Source of the DNA: Alphaproteobacteria bacterium
Lineage (GTDB): Bacteria; Pseudomonadota; Alphaproteobacteria; SHVV01
Length of the DNA: 64,000 nucleotides
Direction of reading: 5' to 3'
Assembly (NCBI GenBank): GCA_965261735.1
Contig: OZ253470.1
Span: forward strand, 288,001 to 352,000
In this document: piece by piece, positions 61,164-64,000 of the stretch
How positions within the stretch are numbered: position 1 is the first letter of the stretch
How the letters are laid out: the number at the start of each line of letters is the position of its first letter
The notes under the pieces: generated by a model
What the model saw: only the letters and a program-made list of their open reading frames with translations
Told to the model about the DNA's origin: nothing
Database searches by the model: none
Made by a program: the position numbers and the translations under genes

Positions 61164-61856
61164 TCATCGACCGACAACTGAGGTTCGAAGGGTCAGAATG
61201 CTCCAGTCATCGGGATTGATCCTTCCGCGCGTATCATCCAAGCGCTCGTAGAACTGAGCTGGGCTCAGGTCGAGACTGGCGATGCCCGCGGTCTCACTCA
61301 AGATGTCGGCGCCGGAGAGAAAATCCATCGGCGACCGGGTTGTCACGAAGTAAAACGCTTCCTCGCCCGCCGGCGGCTTCACCGTCATCTGAAGCCCGCT
61401 CTCACGGAAGGGAAAATCAACGATCTCGGCAGCGGCCACCGAGCGATTCTCCAATAGCCTGGTCACTTTGCACGATGTGCTCACGTAGAAGATATTCATG
61501 TATGCTGTCGTGCTTACCCGCATCTGAAGACGAAGTGGCTCACCAACATCGAAGTTCGCATCGGGAATGGCCCACGCCTCGACGACAAACTTACGCCCTT
61601 CGTTGAGGTCAGGAAGTTCGCACCTATCCGTTTCGACAGGAACTTCTGTTTCGACAGGAACTTCTACTGGGAGCTCGACGGGGACTTCAATAGGAACTTC
61701 TACCGGCACTTCGACGACTTGGGGCTGCTGACAGGCCGCGAGTACTATCAGTATTCCGAGTAGCGTGAGTGAAACGCCGATACTACGCACAAAACATGCT
61801 GTCGGCAGATGACGAATGACGTCGCCGTCGCCGCTCCTCCTAATTGAGCCTTTCAT
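61164..61856 (-). CDS. DUF4384-like lipoprotein with a (VEVP)n linker
   Basis: Lipobox LAAC, VEVP repeats; domain is paralogous to 59849-60445. Confidence 0.75.
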   Translation of the reverse strand: MKGSIRRSGDGDVIRHLPTACFVRSIGVSLTLLGILIVLAACQQPQVVEVPVEVPIEVPVELPVEVPVETEVPVETDRCELPDLNEGRKFVVEAWAIPDANFDVGEPLRLQMRVSTTAYMNIFYVSTSCKVTRLLENRSVAAAEIVDFPFRESGLQMTVKPPAGEEAFYFVTTRSPMDFLSGADILSETAGIASLDLSPAQFYERLDDTRGRINPDDWSILTLRTSVVGR

Positions 61857-61934
61857 TGATTCGTCTCCTCTCAGTACTCGACGCAAGCCTGGTATCGGCC
61901 GTATCACCCTTCCGTGCGGTGCCGGCAACTACGT

Positions 61935-64000
61935 TCAGAATCGCAGCAGACCGATCACGCCCACACGATGTTCAGGATCGCCGGCATGGCTTTCGCGCCG
62001 CTCTCCCGAGAGCTCGAGAGTGAGAGCTGTCGATTCCGAATGAACTTGATTGTAGCGAGCTCCTAGGCGTGTACGCTGGCTATCCTCATCCCACCAGCCG
62101 AACTCGCCGAACGGTGTCAGAAGACCGTTCATCCCTCTGATCCCATAGCCCACACGGGCGTCCAACGACATCGCACTTGGATCACGCGAGCGGGATGCCA
62201 GCCGACCGAAACCATCATTGCGCCACAACGCGTCCGCTCCTCCCGTGTATTCACCCCAGCGCGGCGACAGCGACAGCGAGAGGCCAAGACCATCGGAGCG
62301 CGGCGACAGGCTCGCCGTCGCGCTCAGGCCGTACTCCTCGTAGTTCTCAGCCGAATGCAGGACCAGCGTCCGACCTCGCACTTCAAGACTGAAGCCACTG
62401 TAAGGATCGGAAAAGTACAACCCGGGGGAAAGCTCAAGTCCTGCTTCCACGTCGCCGTCACCACCGTCAAAGCGGTTGGCAACCTCCATGAACCACGTGA
62501 GGGTGCTGCCACCCTCCAGCTCTGCCGTGTACGAGCCCTCAACACCCATGTGTGCCCGCCAGACATCCACTGTGACCCCTGCGATCGCCTGCACGCCGTC
62601 TTCGGTCGACACTCGTCCGAAGCCCATGTCACCGAGCAATGCCCAGTCCAGCGGCTCGGCAATCTCCACCGCCCGACGCCCGCCTGTGGAGGCCATCCAC
62701 ATTGTGATGTCGCTTGTTTCTTTGGCGGACGTCGCACCGGGGCGCTTGTTCTCGAGCGTACCCCAGCCCGCGCCAAGAATGGCCCAGAGTTCGCTTTTCG
62801 GATTTGGTGCGAAGCGTATGTATGGAAGCAGGCTGGTCAGCGTGACGTCCATTTGCCCGTCATTACCGGCGCCGCTTATCCCGAGAGTGTAATCGGCCTC
62901 GGCCATGGTTCGCGACACCGCGACGCCCGCCAGCCATTGTTCGTCCACCTGCATGTCGACACCGAGATAGCCGGCCCTCAAGTCGCCGTCATAGCCCGAT
63001 CCTTGATCCGGGTCGCTGCTGAAATACTGCAGATCGCCTCGCCCCCATAAAACCCACTGCGCCGCCGCTTGCGCTTGTGCGCTTTCGCTGGCCCCAAGGA
63101 CGACCTGAAAATCGGTCGAGCGCAATAGATCATCAGAGCTGAGCGCCCAAGAGTGACTTTCGCTTGTTCCCTTTCGCTTGTTATAAAGAGAGTTCCAGGG
63201 CTCATCTTCAAACGCGCCGTGTTGTGTGGCAGACAGTCCGGCTAACGAGAGGCTCGTGCCGCCGCGCGCAGAGGAGAAACGCGCTCCGATGTTTGTGGTC
63301 ACGTTGGACACCGTGGATGCGGTTACAGTGGCCAGGGTGTTGGTCGCTGCTGCTTTCTCTATCTCATCTACAGGAGGCCCTTCGATTACCGTGACCGAGA
63401 CGGGGCCAGCGGCGGTCACGTTACCGTAGCCGGTTACAGAGTGATTAATGGTTACTCTGTTATTGATGGTATCGTCGTCTTGGGCCGTGCTCACCGTGAA
63501 GGTCTGGGGCTCATTGCGGGTAGTAAACGTTAGGCTCTCGGGCAGGATTGTGACATCAAGATTGTCGCTTTGCGGTGTGACTATGACGGCACCATCGGGG
63601 TTTGTTGTCAATTCGACCATGTAGAAACCACTCTCTCCTTCTACAATCGTCAGCCGGCTCACGGACAAGTGCACTCCACCAATAACGTCGTTATCCTGCA
63701 CCGTGACCAAGACAGTTCCGCGAGCGATCACGTCTCCATCGACGGAGTGGGAGAGAATTGCGGTATCATCAATGGCGTCGTCGTCCTCGGCGGCACTCAC
63801 CGTGACGGTCTGAGGCGCACTGCCGGCAGTAAACTTCAGGTGATCGGGAGAGAGGGTCACCTCTTGATTGCTGCTGCTTAGCAAGACGGTGACTTCGCCA
63901 CTGGGGTCGCTTGTCAATTCGACCGTGTAATTCCTGCTCCCGCCTTCTACTATCTCTAGCTGGCTCACGGACAGGCGCACGTCATCGTCATCTACAATCC
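61935..64000 (-). CDS. Autotransporter with Calx-beta/Ig-like passenger repeats, partial (5' end outside the window)
   Basis: About 95-aa repeats 'V.LSVS.L.IVEG.S..Y.VELT..P', a beta-barrel region ('WGRGD', 'YLGVD'), terminal Phe. Frame is open to the window end. Confidence 0.85.
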   Translation of the reverse strand, partial: IVDDDDVRLSVSQLEIVEGGSRNYTVELTSDPSGEVTVLLSSSNQEVTLSPDHLKFTAGSAPQTVTVSAAEDDDAIDDTAILSHSVDGDVIARGTVLVTVQDNDVIGGVHLSVSRLTIVEGESGFYMVELTTNPDGAVIVTPQSDNLDVTILPESLTFTTRNEPQTFTVSTAQDDDTINNRVTINHSVTGYGNVTAAGPVSVTVIEGPPVDEIEKAAATNTLATVTASTVSNVTTNIGARFSSARGGTSLSLAGLSATQHGAFEDEPWNSLYNKRKGTSESHSWALSSDDLLRSTDFQVVLGASESAQAQAAAQWVLWGRGDLQYFSSDPDQGSGYDGDLRAGYLGVDMQVDEQWLAGVAVSRTMAEADYTLGISGAGNDGQMDVTLTSLLPYIRFAPNPKSELWAILGAGWGTLENKRPGATSAKETSDITMWMASTGGRRAVEIAEPLDWALLGDMGFGRVSTEDGVQAIAGVTVDVWRAHMGVEGSYTAELEGGSTLTWFMEVANRFDGGDGDVEAGLELSPGLYFSDPYSGFSLEVRGRTLVLHSAENYEEYGLSATASLSPRSDGLGLSLSLSPRWGEYTGGADALWRNDGFGRLASRSRDPSAMSLDARVGYGIRGMNGLLTPFGEFGWWDEDSQRTRLGARYNQVHSESTALTLELSGERRESHAGDPEHRVGVIGLLRF

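Overview
Accessory region of a high-GC bacterial genome, probably Alpha/Gammaproteobacteria-like (taxonomy is inference only). It has three parts. (1) About 1-42,805 is the right arm of an integrative conjugative element (ICE). It carries a Dot/Icm (IncI-type, type IVB) transfer operon joined to a type IVb pilus cluster, a CI/Cro-Xis switch and a defence island: type III R-M with a frameshifted mod, a GmrSD/DUF262-HEPN nuclease, a lower-GC four-gene module (C5 methyltransferase + PRTase + ORC/CDC6-like ATPase + Rossmann/CARF-like protein) and HigBA. It ends in a tyrosine integrase next to a duplicated 3' half of tRNA-fMet (att site). The element shows internal deletions, for example a pilQ/dotB junction. 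(2) About 42,800-55,100 holds a Tat-exported carotenoid oxygenase/DUF2141/LytTR trio, a GNAT, and a debris field of IS1380, IS21 and IS630 relics, two copies of a 132-bp MITE, an McrC fragment and a decayed phage head module (terminase-HNH-capsid). (3) About 55,200-64,000 is a co-oriented operon of exported proteins: an autotransporter, three DUF4384-like proteins, an OmpA-caspase-DUF4384 fusion and a beta-propeller-caspase. The best candidates for undescribed systems are the MTase-PRTase-ATPase-CARF-like module and the extracytoplasmic caspase/DUF4384 operon. All family calls rest on motif recognition by eye; no database searches were run.
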